Source: an uncultured delta proteobacterium
Lineage (GTDB): Bacteria > Myxococcota_A > Polyangia > Fen-1088
Length of the DNA: 64,000 bases
NCBI GenBank assembly: GCA_963755125.1
Contig: CAVWIP010000012.1
Location: 224,001 to 288,000 of the forward strand
Reading direction: 5' to 3'
This document shows, piece after piece, positions 37,883 through 47,470 of the stretch. Position 1 is the first letter of the stretch. Each line of letters starts with the position of its first letter. The notes below the pieces were generated by a model. That model was not told the origin of the DNA. It saw nothing but the letters and a program-made list of their open reading frames with translations, and searched no databases. A program made the translations under genes and the position numbers.

Positions 37883-38791
37883 TTATCGACCGAACGGACT
37901 CAGCCGGGTGACTTCGGACTGCAGCCGCGCAAGCACAGCCTTGTCCACGTCGACCAGGCGAATGCCGAGTCGGTGCTCTTGCTTGGCCACCACCTTGCCC
38001 TTTCCGGTGAACAGTGCATGACCTTCGAAGCTCTCGATCACCACGTCGAAGACAGCGCCCAAGGACACGTTTTCGTCGCAGGGAACCACGAACCCGCCCA
38101 GGCGGATGTTGAGCAGGGGGTTGTTGGTGAAGTAGCCCACCGTGGCAGGGGTGAGCTTCACGTGCAGGTCGCGCCCGCTGACCAGCAGGCCGGGTTGCAG
38201 CATGGTGGCGCCGCGCAAGAGGTTGGTCCGCGAGGACGTCATGGAACTGGAGGACGGCGGCCCGGCGGGTGCGGGGGTGGCGAAGTCGAGCGGAACCGCC
38301 GGCGATCGTCCTTCCTCTTCGTTCACCTGAACGATGCGATCGAGAAATCGCCGCGCTTCCTCATCGAGATCGCGAAAGTGCACGCCCATGCCCGGGTTGG
38401 GCGCACCGGTCACGCGCACCACCTCGCCCTTGCCCCGGAGCAGCGACAGGCCGTCGGACAGCGCCAACTCGAAGTCGATGACCGTGCCCACCGGCCGCGG
38501 ATCGGCGCATGACAGGAACATGCCGGAACGGCTGATGTTGACCGACTGGGTCTCGTGAAAATCCAGAATGCTTTCGTAGTGGACCTTCACCGGCACGCTC
38601 ACCGTCACGCGGGGATCACGCGCCTGCATGTCAGGGCGCTGCGGACTGATGTCCGCCACGGAAAAAGAGCCGGTCGGCCGCCGCGCCGGCTGCTCGTTGG
38701 CCAGGGGAATGGACCCCGTCGCGCGGCGCACGGGCTGCTCGCTGGTTATGGGAATAGCCCCCGTCGTGCGGCGCCCCTTGTCGTCAGGCAT
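37883..38791 (-). CDS. PilZ-like (TIGR02266-type) protein with a second PilZ-like domain
   Basis: RDPR...NISRSGMF...GEVVRV...GMGVHF, with N-terminal 15-aa repeats. Confidence 0.8.
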   Translation of the reverse strand: MPDDKGRRTTGAIPITSEQPVRRATGSIPLANEQPARRPTGSFSVADISPQRPDMQARDPRVTVSVPVKVHYESILDFHETQSVNISRSGMFLSCADPRPVGTVIDFELALSDGLSLLRGKGEVVRVTGAPNPGMGVHFRDLDEEARRFLDRIVQVNEEEGRSPAVPLDFATPAPAGPPSSSSMTSSRTNLLRGATMLQPGLLVSGRDLHVKLTPATVGYFTNNPLLNIRLGGFVVPCDENVSLGAVFDVVIESFEGHALFTGKGKVVAKQEHRLGIRLVDVDKAVLARLQSEVTRLSPFGR

Positions 38792-38800
38792 GGCGAGCTG

Positions 38801-39073
38801 TCACGACTTGGGTGCCACGAAATCCGGCGGGTTGCGGCCTCCCGCGCCGAAGAAAAACTGCTCGGCCTGTTCGAGGAGAACCTGCTGCCCCACGGCTGAG
38901 GTCAGGTCGAGGCGGAACTCGTTGACGATACGTTTTGAGTATTCAATCCACTCCATCCACGCCTGCTGCGAGACGTGGTCGTAGATCCTCTTCCCCAGCT
39001 CGTTGTTGAAGGGCCTGTAGGCCACCCCGGGCAGTTCCTGCCCGAGTCTTGCGCATTTGACCAAGCGAGGCAT
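38801..39073 (-). CDS. yggX: Fe(II)-trafficking / oxidative damage protection protein
   Basis: VKCARLG...LGKRIYDHVSQQAWMEW...NEFRLDL. Confidence 0.9.
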   Translation of the reverse strand: MPRLVKCARLGQELPGVAYRPFNNELGKRIYDHVSQQAWMEWIEYSKRIVNEFRLDLTSAVGQQVLLEQAEQFFFGAGGRNPPDFVAPKS

Positions 39074-39217
39074 TGACTCCGATTCGTCTCCAGAAACCGT
39101 TATTGTAGCACCATCGTCCCCCACCGTCTCGACTCCGACCCTGCGGCACTGCGCCCTGCGGGTCGCCAGAGCCGTCCGCTCGGCTGCGGCAGCGTTCCGC
39201 GCTCGGGGACGACAAAA

Positions 39218-39299
<82 letters not shown>

Positions 39300-39367
39300 A
39301 GTCTTTCTTCTCGCACAGCCAGCGCCCGCGCGCCAGAGGGATCTGACGACACGGGAGTAGCGGATTG

Positions 39368-40069
39368 CTAGCTTCCCGCCAGGATCGTCCTGAAGAAGGC
39401 GAAGAACCGCCAGCTCATGGCCAGCGCGACCGCGTAGGGTGCGGCCTGCGCAAACAAGGTGGTGAACTTGAACCAGTGGCGCTTGCCTTCCACGTGGACC
39501 AGCACGTACGCGATCCCGAGCGCGGGGAAGAGCAGGATGAACACCATCCACCAGCGGTGGTCGGCGCGAAAGGCGTGCACTATCACCAGGATCCACGCCA
39601 CGATTGACAACAGGCAAGCCACCGCCATCACCACGACCGATTCGACCAGCACGCGCTTGAACTGCGCACCCTCGCGGGCCGATAGTGGCGGTTTGCCTCT
39701 CGCGACCAGGGCCGTATCGATCGCGGTGGTCAGCGCCCGCTCCAACTCACCGGCAGCGTGCCCGCTTGCCGTGGCGTCGCGGACCGCCTGCTCGATTGTC
39801 TCCAGGGCACCCGCGGGCTTCTTGCTTCCATAAATCACGGCACCTCGTGGCGCGTCCTTGTCTGCCTGGCTGGTGGAGTCAACCAGCACACCGTCGGATA
39901 CGACGGGCGTGGCCTCCGCACGAAGCTGGGCTGGAACTTGATCCAGCCAGTTGACGAAGACATCGCGTTTCGTGCTCGGATCACGGTAACGGTAGATCGA
40001 GTCGGCTCGGGCGGGTGAAGCCATCCCGGCCAGGACGAGCACGGCGGCCCACAACGCCAGCGTTCTCAT
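39368..40069 (-). CDS. Hypothetical protein (signal peptide, DUF4124-like start, 3 C-terminal TM helices)
   Basis: ASPARADSIYRYRD and a hydrophobic C-terminus. Confidence 0.6.
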   Translation of the reverse strand: MRTLALWAAVLVLAGMASPARADSIYRYRDPSTKRDVFVNWLDQVPAQLRAEATPVVSDGVLVDSTSQADKDAPRGAVIYGSKKPAGALETIEQAVRDATASGHAAGELERALTTAIDTALVARGKPPLSAREGAQFKRVLVESVVVMAVACLLSIVAWILVIVHAFRADHRWWMVFILLFPALGIAYVLVHVEGKRHWFKFTTLFAQAAPYAVALAMSWRFFAFFRTILAGS

Positions 40070-40165
40070 GCTTCCATTACAGCGCGCGAATGCCGTGCTT
40101 GCCAACTTTAACACTACTGGTTGAAATTCGGACCGAGGGTGACGGGAGAATTTCAATCACTAGTG

Positions 40166-41218
40166 TTAAGCAGCGGAACCCGATGGTAGGGCCATCAATT
40201 CTAGGGCCGCCTTGATGGCGCAGAGCAAGCTGACCTCGCTGGCAATGCCTCGTCCTGCAATGTCGTAACCCGAACCATGATCCACCGATGTGCGCACCAC
40301 AGGCAGGCCCAGAGTCACGTTCACCGAGGCGCGGGGGAAGGCCGGCTTGACGGCTATCAAACCCTGATCGTGGTACATGGCCAGGATCAGCCGGTAGCGC
40401 TTGACCCGCTCGATGAAGAAGGAATCGGCAGGGAAGGGACCATCGCAGGCAATACCCTTGTGCCGCGCCCGCCGCATCGCCGGAACGATCGCGCGCGCCT
40501 CCTCGTCGCCCATGAGGCCATGCTCGCCCGCGTGAGGGTTGAGGCCCAGCACGGCCACCGGAAGCTTGCGCCCCCAGCGGGCGCGACCCGCCTGCGCCAG
40601 CATCTCGATCGATTTCACCAGCCCGGCAGTCGTGAGATGGCCGGACACCTGGGCGAGCGGAATATGCGTGGTCTGTAGCGCCAGCAGATAGTCGGGCGTG
40701 AGGAACGCCATGCGCTCGTCACGCACGCCCAGCTTCTCGGCCAGGTAGCCGGTGTGGCCCACGAAGTCGGGAAGCAGCGCAGCCACGGCTTCCTTGGTGA
40801 CAGGCCCGGTGACGATGGCCGCGATTCTGCGCCGCCTGGCCTGATCGATGGCGAAGTCCAGGTAGCCGAGTTGCTCGCGCCCATAGGCCGGCCTGCTGAA
40901 GCGAAATCGCTGCATGTCGATGTGGGAATGGGCGAAAAGCCGGAGCGCGGTGGGCGCAAGCCATGCGGTCGAGAAGTTCTGCACCGGCAAGATGGGAATG
41001 CGTTGCCGCAGCCGTCGCGCCGAATCCGCGAGCACGCCGGCGTCGCCCACCACCGCGAGATTCGCGCATTGCTTGCGCAGAGATCTCCGGATCTGCCGGG
41101 CCAGGGGCTGCTTCCCGCGCGCCAGCGTCGCGAACGCCTTGATGACGACTTCAGCCGAGATACCGGCTGGATCGCCCATGGTGATGAGGAGGTTTCTCGG
41201 CTTGCCCGACGGTGCCAC
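40166..41218 (-). CDS. pdxA: 4-hydroxythreonine-4-phosphate dehydrogenase PdxA family
   Basis: TMGDPAGI, GHTGYL, GLNPHAGE, AMYHDQGL, RTSVDHG. Confidence 0.92.
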   Translation of the reverse strand: MAPSGKPRNLLITMGDPAGISAEVVIKAFATLARGKQPLARQIRRSLRKQCANLAVVGDAGVLADSARRLRQRIPILPVQNFSTAWLAPTALRLFAHSHIDMQRFRFSRPAYGREQLGYLDFAIDQARRRRIAAIVTGPVTKEAVAALLPDFVGHTGYLAEKLGVRDERMAFLTPDYLLALQTTHIPLAQVSGHLTTAGLVKSIEMLAQAGRARWGRKLPVAVLGLNPHAGEHGLMGDEEARAIVPAMRRARHKGIACDGPFPADSFFIERVKRYRLILAMYHDQGLIAVKPAFPRASVNVTLGLPVVRTSVDHGSGYDIAGRGIASEVSLLCAIKAALELMALPSGSAA

Positions 41219-41307
41219 ATAGGCAGTTCACGCGAATTTCGCGCGCGATGCAAGTGGCGCGGTCAGAAACCGTCGCAATGGTGTAAGATTCTGCGAGGAG
41301 ACAAGAG

Positions 41308-41673
41308 ATGGAACTTCATGACCTCAACGCCGACGAGAGAATTGCCCTGGCCGCCCTGATCGAGTTCGTGGTGATGGCTAGCGGTCACGTGACCGAGGAC
41401 GAGGAGCGCGAGATCCAGGCCGTCGTCGACGAGATTGGCGAGGACGCCTATCGCCAGGCCGTGGAGGAAGTCGATCGACGCTTTCCCGACGAGGAGGCTG
41501 CCAAGACGTTCCTCGGAACCATCACGCGCCCGGAGGCGCGTGATTTGATTTTCGGGGCGGTGATGGGGGCCGCGATGACCGACACCATCGAGGGCCACGA
41601 GTCCAAGATCCTCGACTGGGTCGCCAAGGAGTGGAAGCTCGAAGTCAAGTACGAGGAACCGCCCGAGGAATGA
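41308..41673 (+). CDS. TerB-like small acidic protein
   Basis: Two repeats of the A.(D/S)G.(V/I)...E pattern. GAGGAG SD. Confidence 0.6.
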   Translation: MELHDLNADERIALAALIEFVVMASGHVTEDEEREIQAVVDEIGEDAYRQAVEEVDRRFPDEEAAKTFLGTITRPEARDLIFGAVMGAAMTDTIEGHESKILDWVAKEWKLEVKYEEPPEE

Positions 41674-41827
41674 ATGCGCGTTTTCGCTGACCCTGCGCCC
41701 GGTCGTCCTTGCCCCGCCTCCGCCCTCGCGGTAACTTGAACGAGGGTATCGTCCTTCGGGACGGGAGGACGAGTTGCCCAGCACAGGGAATCGGACGGTT
41801 CGTACAATTGCCTAGGAGGTTCTCACC

Positions 41828-42139
41828 ATGGATGGCACGGACATCGTAACCAGGGACAAACTCGTGGCTGATCTGAAGGTGGTGATCAATGACGCCGAGG
41901 AGCTGCTCAAGATCACGGCCGGTCAGGCGGGTGAGAAGGTCGCGGCGGTACGCGACAAGGTGCAGCGGGGACTTGAGCAAGCCAAGGCCAAGCTCGTCGA
42001 GATCGAAGGCAAGGCCGTCGATCAGACCAAGGCTGCGGCACGCGCAACCGACGCCTATGTCCACGAGAATCCATGGAAAGCCGTGGGAATCGCGGCAGGG
42101 GCCGGCCTCCTCTTCGGGATACTGATCGGCCGCCGCTAG
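41828..42139 (+). CDS. ElaB/YqjD (DUF883) family protein
   Basis: DLK....DAEELL...YVHENPWKAVGIAAGAGLLFGILIGRR. Confidence 0.92.
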   Translation: MDGTDIVTRDKLVADLKVVINDAEELLKITAGQAGEKVAAVRDKVQRGLEQAKAKLVEIEGKAVDQTKAAARATDAYVHENPWKAVGIAAGAGLLFGILIGRR

Positions 42140-42146
42140 AGCCCCA

Positions 42147-42545
42147 ATGCCAGACGAACCCTTGGCCGCGGCGTCGCACCGTGGGCTGCTCGGGTCGGCA
42201 AGCCATCTGCTCGCCGTGCTGGTTTCCGCAGCCGAGACGCGGGTGGGCATCTTGGCGACCGAGTTGCAGGAGGAGCGGGTCCGCCTGAGCCGGCTGGTCC
42301 TTTTCGGCGGAGCGGCGCTGTTCTGTCTCGGTCTGGGGATCGTCTTGCTATCGGTTTTTGTGGTCGTGCTCTATTGGAATTCGGATCGGCTGGCTGTCCT
42401 GGGGCTGCTCAGCGGACTCTTCCTGGGTCTGGGCCTAGTCAACGCGGTCATCCTCGCCGTTATCGTGCGCGGCTATAAGCGCCCGTTGCAGGAAACCGTG
42501 GAAGTGCTCGCCAAGGATCGGCAGAGTCTGGAGCAAGACTCATGA
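42147..42545 (+). CDS. YqjE-like membrane protein (holin superfamily III)
   Basis: ETR....ELQEER and two TM helices. Follows DUF883. Confidence 0.85.
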   Translation: MPDEPLAAASHRGLLGSASHLLAVLVSAAETRVGILATELQEERVRLSRLVLFGGAALFCLGLGIVLLSVFVVVLYWNSDRLAVLGLLSGLFLGLGLVNAVILAVIVRGYKRPLQETVEVLAKDRQSLEQDS

Positions 42546-42826
42546 ACCTGTCGCTGACCGAAATCCAGCGCCGCCGGGCGGAGCTGGTAGAACGTGCCCG
42601 CGCCGAGCGGGCGACGGTCAGGGCTGTGCTCGATGGCCACAGCAACCTGTTTTGGCTGGCGGACAGGGGGGTGGAGGTAGTCAAGTTCCTCGCGGCCAGA
42701 AAGGGCCTCTTGCTGGTCGCGGCGCTTGCCGTCGCCGTCGTGCAGCCCCGCCGAGCCTTGCGTTGGGCTGTCAGGGCGTGGGACCTTTTCCGGCTCTTCC
42801 GCAAGATAAGCCGCTCCTTCGCCTAG
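42542..42826 (+). CDS. YqjK-like protein
   Basis: RRAELV.R...ER, PRRALRWA. Third gene of a yqjDEK-like unit. Confidence 0.75.
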   Translation: MNLSLTEIQRRRAELVERARAERATVRAVLDGHSNLFWLADRGVEVVKFLAARKGLLLVAALAVAVVQPRRALRWAVRAWDLFRLFRKISRSFA

Positions 42827-42827
42827 C

Positions 42828-43316
42828 CTACAGGTCAGGTAGGCGCCGCACACCCGGGTCAGGGGTGCTCGTGTCCAGGCGCTCTCCCGTCCGTGGATGG
42901 CGGAGGCCGGGGGGGGCCACATCGGCCAACGGGATGCGCACGAAGGGACGCGTGAGTAACGCGGGGTGGGGCACCTGCAGCCCCGGCTCGTCGATACTTT
43001 CTTCCCCAAAAAGCAGCAGATCGATGTCGATGACCCGGGCGCGCTTGGTCCCGTCTGCCGGCCGGCCCCGGCCGAGCATGCGCTCGACGCCCAGACAAGC
43101 GTCGAGCAACTGACGCGCGGTCAGTGACGTTTCAACCCGCAGCACTGCGTTCAGGTAGAGTGGTTGCGGAGCATTCCCCTCGGGAACCGTTTCGTAGATG
43201 CGGCTCTGGGCCCCAACCCGGGTGCCAGCCAGCCGACCGAGAGCTGCCGCCGCGGCGTACAGGAAAGCGCGCCTGTCACCCAGATTGGACCCCAGGGCGA
43301 GATACGCGGTGAGCAC
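42828..43316 (-). CDS. folK: HPPK (folate biosynthesis diphosphokinase)
   Basis: AYLALGSNLGDR, YLNAV, RVIDIDLL, VPHP...RPFV. Confidence 0.95.
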   Translation of the reverse strand: MLTAYLALGSNLGDRRAFLYAAAAALGRLAGTRVGAQSRIYETVPEGNAPQPLYLNAVLRVETSLTARQLLDACLGVERMLGRGRPADGTKRARVIDIDLLLFGEESIDEPGLQVPHPALLTRPFVRIPLADVAPPGLRHPRTGERLDTSTPDPGVRRLPDL

Positions 43317-43362
43317 GGTCCCAGGATACCTCGACCGCCCCTCGTGGTAAGAACGGCCTTCC

Positions 43363-44164
43363 ATGTTGCAGGCCCTCACAGCCGCTGCCCTGACCGGCCT
43401 GGTGACCGGCGTTCGGCGCTTTTCCTTTCTTCTTCATTCGGCAGCTTCCGCGACGAGCCTACGACGGCATTCTCGGGTTGGGCGCTGGACTGATGTTGGC
43501 CGCCGCGACCCTCGGTCTGCTGCACGAGGCTCTCGAAGGCGTGCAGGGGGCTGCCGGCCTGGATGTGGGCCGCCTGATCCTGGTGGTCATCGGCTTCTTG
43601 GCGGGTGTGCTGGTGGCCAGCGTGATGGACCGTTTGATCCCGCACCGCCACGCCCGCGGCCACCGGAACCACATCGCCCCGGACTGTCCGGATGAGCATG
43701 CGCATGACCAGCACGTGGAGGTGCGCCAGAGCTATGCCATTGTCGGAGCCCTGTCCATCCACCGCATTCCCGAGGGCCTGGCCATCGGCGCCGGATTCGC
43801 GTCTGGACACGGGAGCCACCTGGGCTGGCTGTTGGTTTCTGCGGTGGGCATTCAGAATATCTGCGAGGGCGTGGTGATGGGTGCGCCGCTGCGCCTCTCG
43901 GGCGTGTCGCCGACGCGCGGCTTGCTGGTGGTAGCCGCAAGCGGCCTCGCCATCCCTCTGGGAGTGCTCGTCGGCCATGGACTTTCGTCGTGGACGGTCA
44001 TCACCCTTCCCCTCATCCTGGCCCTGGCCGCCGGAATTCTCATCTACGTGACGTCCAATGAGATCATCCCGGAATCGCACAGCCACGGCCATGAGAGTGC
44101 CGCTTCGACTGGGCTGGTTCTGGGATTCCTCCTGACCATGTTGATTGGGGCGGTCTTGCGTTGA
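43363..44164 (+). pseudogene. ZIP-family (ZupT/GufA) metal transporter with a +1 frameshift near 43411-43414 (real or sequencing error)
   Basis: MLQALTAAALTGLVTG continues in the next frame as GAFPFFF..LGLGAGLMLAA. Also HRIPEGLAIG, QNICEG, EIIPESH. Confidence 0.8.
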
Positions 44165-44196
44165 TTGATGGACAACCCATGGACCATACTTGCGCC

Positions 44197-44697
44197 GTGA
44201 ACCGCAGCGTCTCTCTCTTGACCATCCTGCTCGTGGCCATGCTGGCCCCTGCCTGCAGCAAGAAAATCGGTGATGATTGCCAGACCAACATCGACTGCGC
44301 CCAGGATGGCAGTCGCATCTGCGATCTCTCCCAGCCCGGGGGCTACTGCACGGAGGACGGGTGCGACGACAGCTCCTGCCCGTCGGAATCGATCTGTGTC
44401 CGATTCTTCGACCAGAAATTCCCCACCGGAGATTGCAGCAGTCCTCCTGGCACCATCGGCGAATGCCAGCCCGACGAACTCTGCGTGGTGTGCGGGCCCA
44501 ACGACTCTGAGCCGGAACACGCCTGTTGTGTGCCAAGTGTGTCAGAGCGTCGCTACTGTGCGGTCAAGTGCGGCAGCAACAGCGACTGCCGGGGTGGCTA
44601 CGTCTGCCGCACTTCCGACACCAACGGCAGCATTGCGCTGCTGCCCGACCCTGCGGACAGCGCGACTGCCAAGTTTTGCGCCCCAGTAGAACCGTAG
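44197..44697 (+). CDS. Cys-rich lipoprotein (myxobacterial type)
   Basis: Lipobox LAPAC, then KIGDDC..NIDC...ICD...GGYCT. Confidence 0.8.
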   Translation: MNRSVSLLTILLVAMLAPACSKKIGDDCQTNIDCAQDGSRICDLSQPGGYCTEDGCDDSSCPSESICVRFFDQKFPTGDCSSPPGTIGECQPDELCVVCGPNDSEPEHACCVPSVSERRYCAVKCGSNSDCRGGYVCRTSDTNGSIALLPDPADSATAKFCAPVEP

Positions 44698-45108
44698 CTA
44701 GCGCTTGAATCCGAGGAGGATGTCGGTGGTCGCCTGATCGGCTGCTGGGAACGGGTACTTCTCGAACTCCCCTGACGCGGCCCAGCGGAAGTCGGCCACC
44801 CGCAAGGGGCGCGGCTCTTGGTCCGGAAGAATGCTGGCCTGGTAGAGCGTGAGGTCCACCGAGTATCCGTCGTACTGATGGGTCCGTTGCGCCATGCGCA
44901 GCTTGACCTCGACGTCCACCCCGACCCGCTCGCGCAACTCGCGCTTGAGCGCTGCCTCGTCCGTCTCACCGGACTCGACCTTGCCGCCGGGGAACTCCCA
45001 CAGGCCTGGCAATACCGCCGTCGGCCGCCGCTGTGTGATGAGATAGCGGCCTTCACGCTCGATAACAGCTGCCACCAGCCTGATGTGCGGCCCCGAATCC
45101 GACGTCAT
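44698..45108 (-). CDS. NUDIX hydrolase (MutT/NudG-like)
   Basis: WEFPGGKVESGETDEAALKRELRE Nudix box, FPAAD. Confidence 0.9.
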   Translation of the reverse strand: MTSDSGPHIRLVAAVIEREGRYLITQRRPTAVLPGLWEFPGGKVESGETDEAALKRELRERVGVDVEVKLRMAQRTHQYDGYSVDLTLYQASILPDQEPRPLRVADFRWAASGEFEKYPFPAADQATTDILLGFKR

Positions 45109-45161
45109 GAGTGAAGGTGAGGATTGTAGCACGAAGTGGGCCAGAGCTGTCCTCTTTCATC

Positions 45162-45351
45162 GTGGTCAGAAACGTCTCGCCCACACTAGGGGCGGGGTGG
45201 TGCTACCTCGACGTTCGCTCCGTTCCCGAGTTCGATAGGGGACACTCGCGCGGCGCCTACAACGTGCCCCTCATGTACCTGCACGGAGGGGGCATGAAAG
45301 CCAACCCTGACCTCCTCCGCGTGATCGAGCAGACCTTCCCCAAGGACCAGC
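45162..45351 (+). pseudogene. Truncated rhodanese-domain gene
   Basis: YLDVRSVPEFDRGHSRGAYNVP...FPKDQP, then runs into the 3' end of the convergent gene without the active-site Cys loop. Confidence 0.65.
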
Positions 45352-47121
45352 CTAGAAGGAAATGCCGTTCTTCTGGCAGGCCGACCGCACCAGTTGCTTG
45401 TTGCGGTCGTCAAGCTTCTCGTAGGCGCGCAGGGCGGTGTCCGGATCGTGCAGCGAGCACGAGCAGATTGCGATGATCTGGTAAGCGCTGGTGAGCCCCG
45501 GCTTGGCCCGTAGTGCCTTGCGTGCGGCGTCCACGGCCAGGATGTACTGCCCGCGCAGCCATGCCTCGCGAGCCTGTTGGATCAGCTTGTCGGGATCCGC
45601 GCTCGGCTCGGTTTGGGCAGCGGGCGGCGCGGCCGGCTTGGGCTGGGCGCTGGCGGCCACAGGCTTGAGCGCCGGGGTTGGCTTCTTCACCTCGATCCGC
45701 TGGCTCGACTTTTTTGCCAGCACTGCGCAGCGGCTGATGATCCAGCGCGCGGCCTTGTTGGTGCTGTCGACCGCCAGCACCAGATCGGCTTCGTGCTTGG
45801 CCTCGTCGCAGGCGCCGACCTTTGCCTTGTCCGACGCTGCATCCCCGTGCAATTTGATGTACTCGGTGCGAGCGGACTTATCGAGGACCGTTGCCCGTTC
45901 TTTGTAGACACTGGTCTCCGGGATCTCGCCCGCTCTGTGCAGAACCGCCTCGAAGTCCGACTTGTCTGCCGCCTCCTTCAAGGCGGCGAAGCGCTCGGCA
46001 TTGTCCTTTTCGTCCTCGGCGAGCTTGCGCAGTTCCGCAGCCTCGCTGGAATCAGGCGCCGCAGTCACCGCCTTGCTGGCTGCGGCCAGAGCCACGTCCC
46101 ACTGCTCGTTCGCCTGTGCCGACTTGGCGGCGGCCAACAGGTCCGCCAGGGTCTCCTTGGGCGCCGGTGGCTGCGGAACCGGCGTTGGCTGGACGGCGAC
46201 TGGCGGAGTGGGAGGCGCGGGCGGCCGGTGCGGCCGCGAGCGGCCACCCGAAAGTGCGAAGGCAAGAACCAGTGCCACAACCACTACGCCGCCGCCCACC
46301 ATCGCGTAGATCTTGCCTTTGCTCGGACCACCGAAGCCTGCCTCCCAGTCGCCCTCACCCTCCGCGGTGACGAAGCGCAGTTGCACCTGCCCAAGCTCGA
46401 TCTCGTCGCCCGGCGTGAGCAGCACGCGATCGTGGTCCACCCCATTCACGCGAACGCCGTTCGCGCTTTCCAGGTCCACGGCGTAGTACTGATTGCCTTC
46501 GCGGAGGATGCGGGCGTGATGCCGGGAGATGGACTTGTGCTCGATGACGATGTCGTTCTCGGGCGTGCGTCCGATGACCAGCGACGGGCGGTCGAGAGTG
46601 AACTCGCGCCCCGCCATGAATCGGCCCACGATCACCAGGCGCGCAGGCGGAGAGGCTGAGTCTGGCGTCGAGCCCTCGTCAACCAGGCTATGCAGCGGTA
46701 TGGTGGGCTGCGCTTCGATGACATCATGCACTTCGGGCGCTGGCGGCGGCGCCGCAGCCTGGGCCGGGGACCAGGCCGCGCCAGCCACGGGTGCATGGGC
46801 AGTCGGAGCGCCGGCCACGGCCGCGGCGGGTCGATCCTCCTTGATAGCCATCCGGTAGTCGCCGATGAGGAAGACGTCCCCATCCTTGAGAGAGGTGGCC
46901 GCCGATAGAACGGCGCCGTTGAGCTTGATGCCGTTGTAGCTGGAGAGGTCTTCCAGCAGCAGAGCACCCTGTCGTCGCACCAGGCGCGCGTGGCGTCGCG
47001 AGACGTTCTGCTCGCTCAGACGGATAGTGTTGCCTTCCTGCCGGCCGATCGTGATCTCGTCGCGGATCAGCGGGACAACAACCGTCTTGCCTTCGTCATC
47101 CTCGATGAGGAGTTTCTGCAT
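45352..47121 (-). CDS. Double-FHA, single-TM, periplasmic TPR protein
   Basis: Two FHA motifs (IGR..GN...NVSRRHA; IGRTPEND...SISRHHA...SANG), a TM segment and a TPR/Cys C-terminus. Confidence 0.88.
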   Translation of the reverse strand: MQKLLIEDDEGKTVVVPLIRDEITIGRQEGNTIRLSEQNVSRRHARLVRRQGALLLEDLSSYNGIKLNGAVLSAATSLKDGDVFLIGDYRMAIKEDRPAAAVAGAPTAHAPVAGAAWSPAQAAAPPPAPEVHDVIEAQPTIPLHSLVDEGSTPDSASPPARLVIVGRFMAGREFTLDRPSLVIGRTPENDIVIEHKSISRHHARILREGNQYYAVDLESANGVRVNGVDHDRVLLTPGDEIELGQVQLRFVTAEGEGDWEAGFGGPSKGKIYAMVGGGVVVVALVLAFALSGGRSRPHRPPAPPTPPVAVQPTPVPQPPAPKETLADLLAAAKSAQANEQWDVALAAASKAVTAAPDSSEAAELRKLAEDEKDNAERFAALKEAADKSDFEAVLHRAGEIPETSVYKERATVLDKSARTEYIKLHGDAASDKAKVGACDEAKHEADLVLAVDSTNKAARWIISRCAVLAKKSSQRIEVKKPTPALKPVAASAQPKPAAPPAAQTEPSADPDKLIQQAREAWLRGQYILAVDAARKALRAKPGLTSAYQIIAICSCSLHDPDTALRAYEKLDDRNKQLVRSACQKNGISF

Positions 47122-47188
47122 GGGAGTACAGGAGCCTCGCCAGGAATGACTCTAGCCGCAGCGTCAGGTGGGATCAAGCGCGCACTGA

Positions 47189-47215
47189 CGTGGGAACCCT
47201 GAGAGGGTTCTCGCG
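47189..47215. repeat. REP-like core hairpin
   Basis: CGTGGGAACCCTGAGAGGGTTCTCGCG, with the same core as the 11905 and 14375 copies. Confidence 0.8.
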
Positions 47216-47233
47216 ACTCGTGGCTCGGATCCG

Positions 47234-47467
47234 CTACTTGATCAAAATCAACGCAGCCCCGATCACGATGGCCATGCCAACGATGAAAGCCGCCACCACG
47301 ACGGCGACCGCCACGTTCTTGTTTTCTTGCAGCTCCCGACGCAAGTTGTAGGGAGTCACCAACTCCCAGATGTAATAACCGATGATGAGCATCGCGATTC
47401 CTGCCAGACCCAGAACCGACGCGTCAAGAACCAACCGCCAGAGGGGGATGGGGATCATGGGAGGCAT
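47234..47467 (-). CDS. DUF350 small membrane protein
   Basis: ELVTPYNLRRELQENKNVAVAV and 2 TM helices. Confidence 0.85.
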   Translation of the reverse strand: MPPMIPIPLWRLVLDASVLGLAGIAMLIIGYYIWELVTPYNLRRELQENKNVAVAVVVAAFIVGMAIVIGAALILIK

Positions 47468-47470
47468 GGG

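Noticed and set aside
39110..39217. Structured region next to SRP RNA as an Alu domain (long SRP)
   Set aside because: The SRP hairpin closes at 39218-39299 and is followed by a T-run. The adjacent stem (TCGTCCCC...GGGGACGA) is downstream and shows no pairing with the 5' side.
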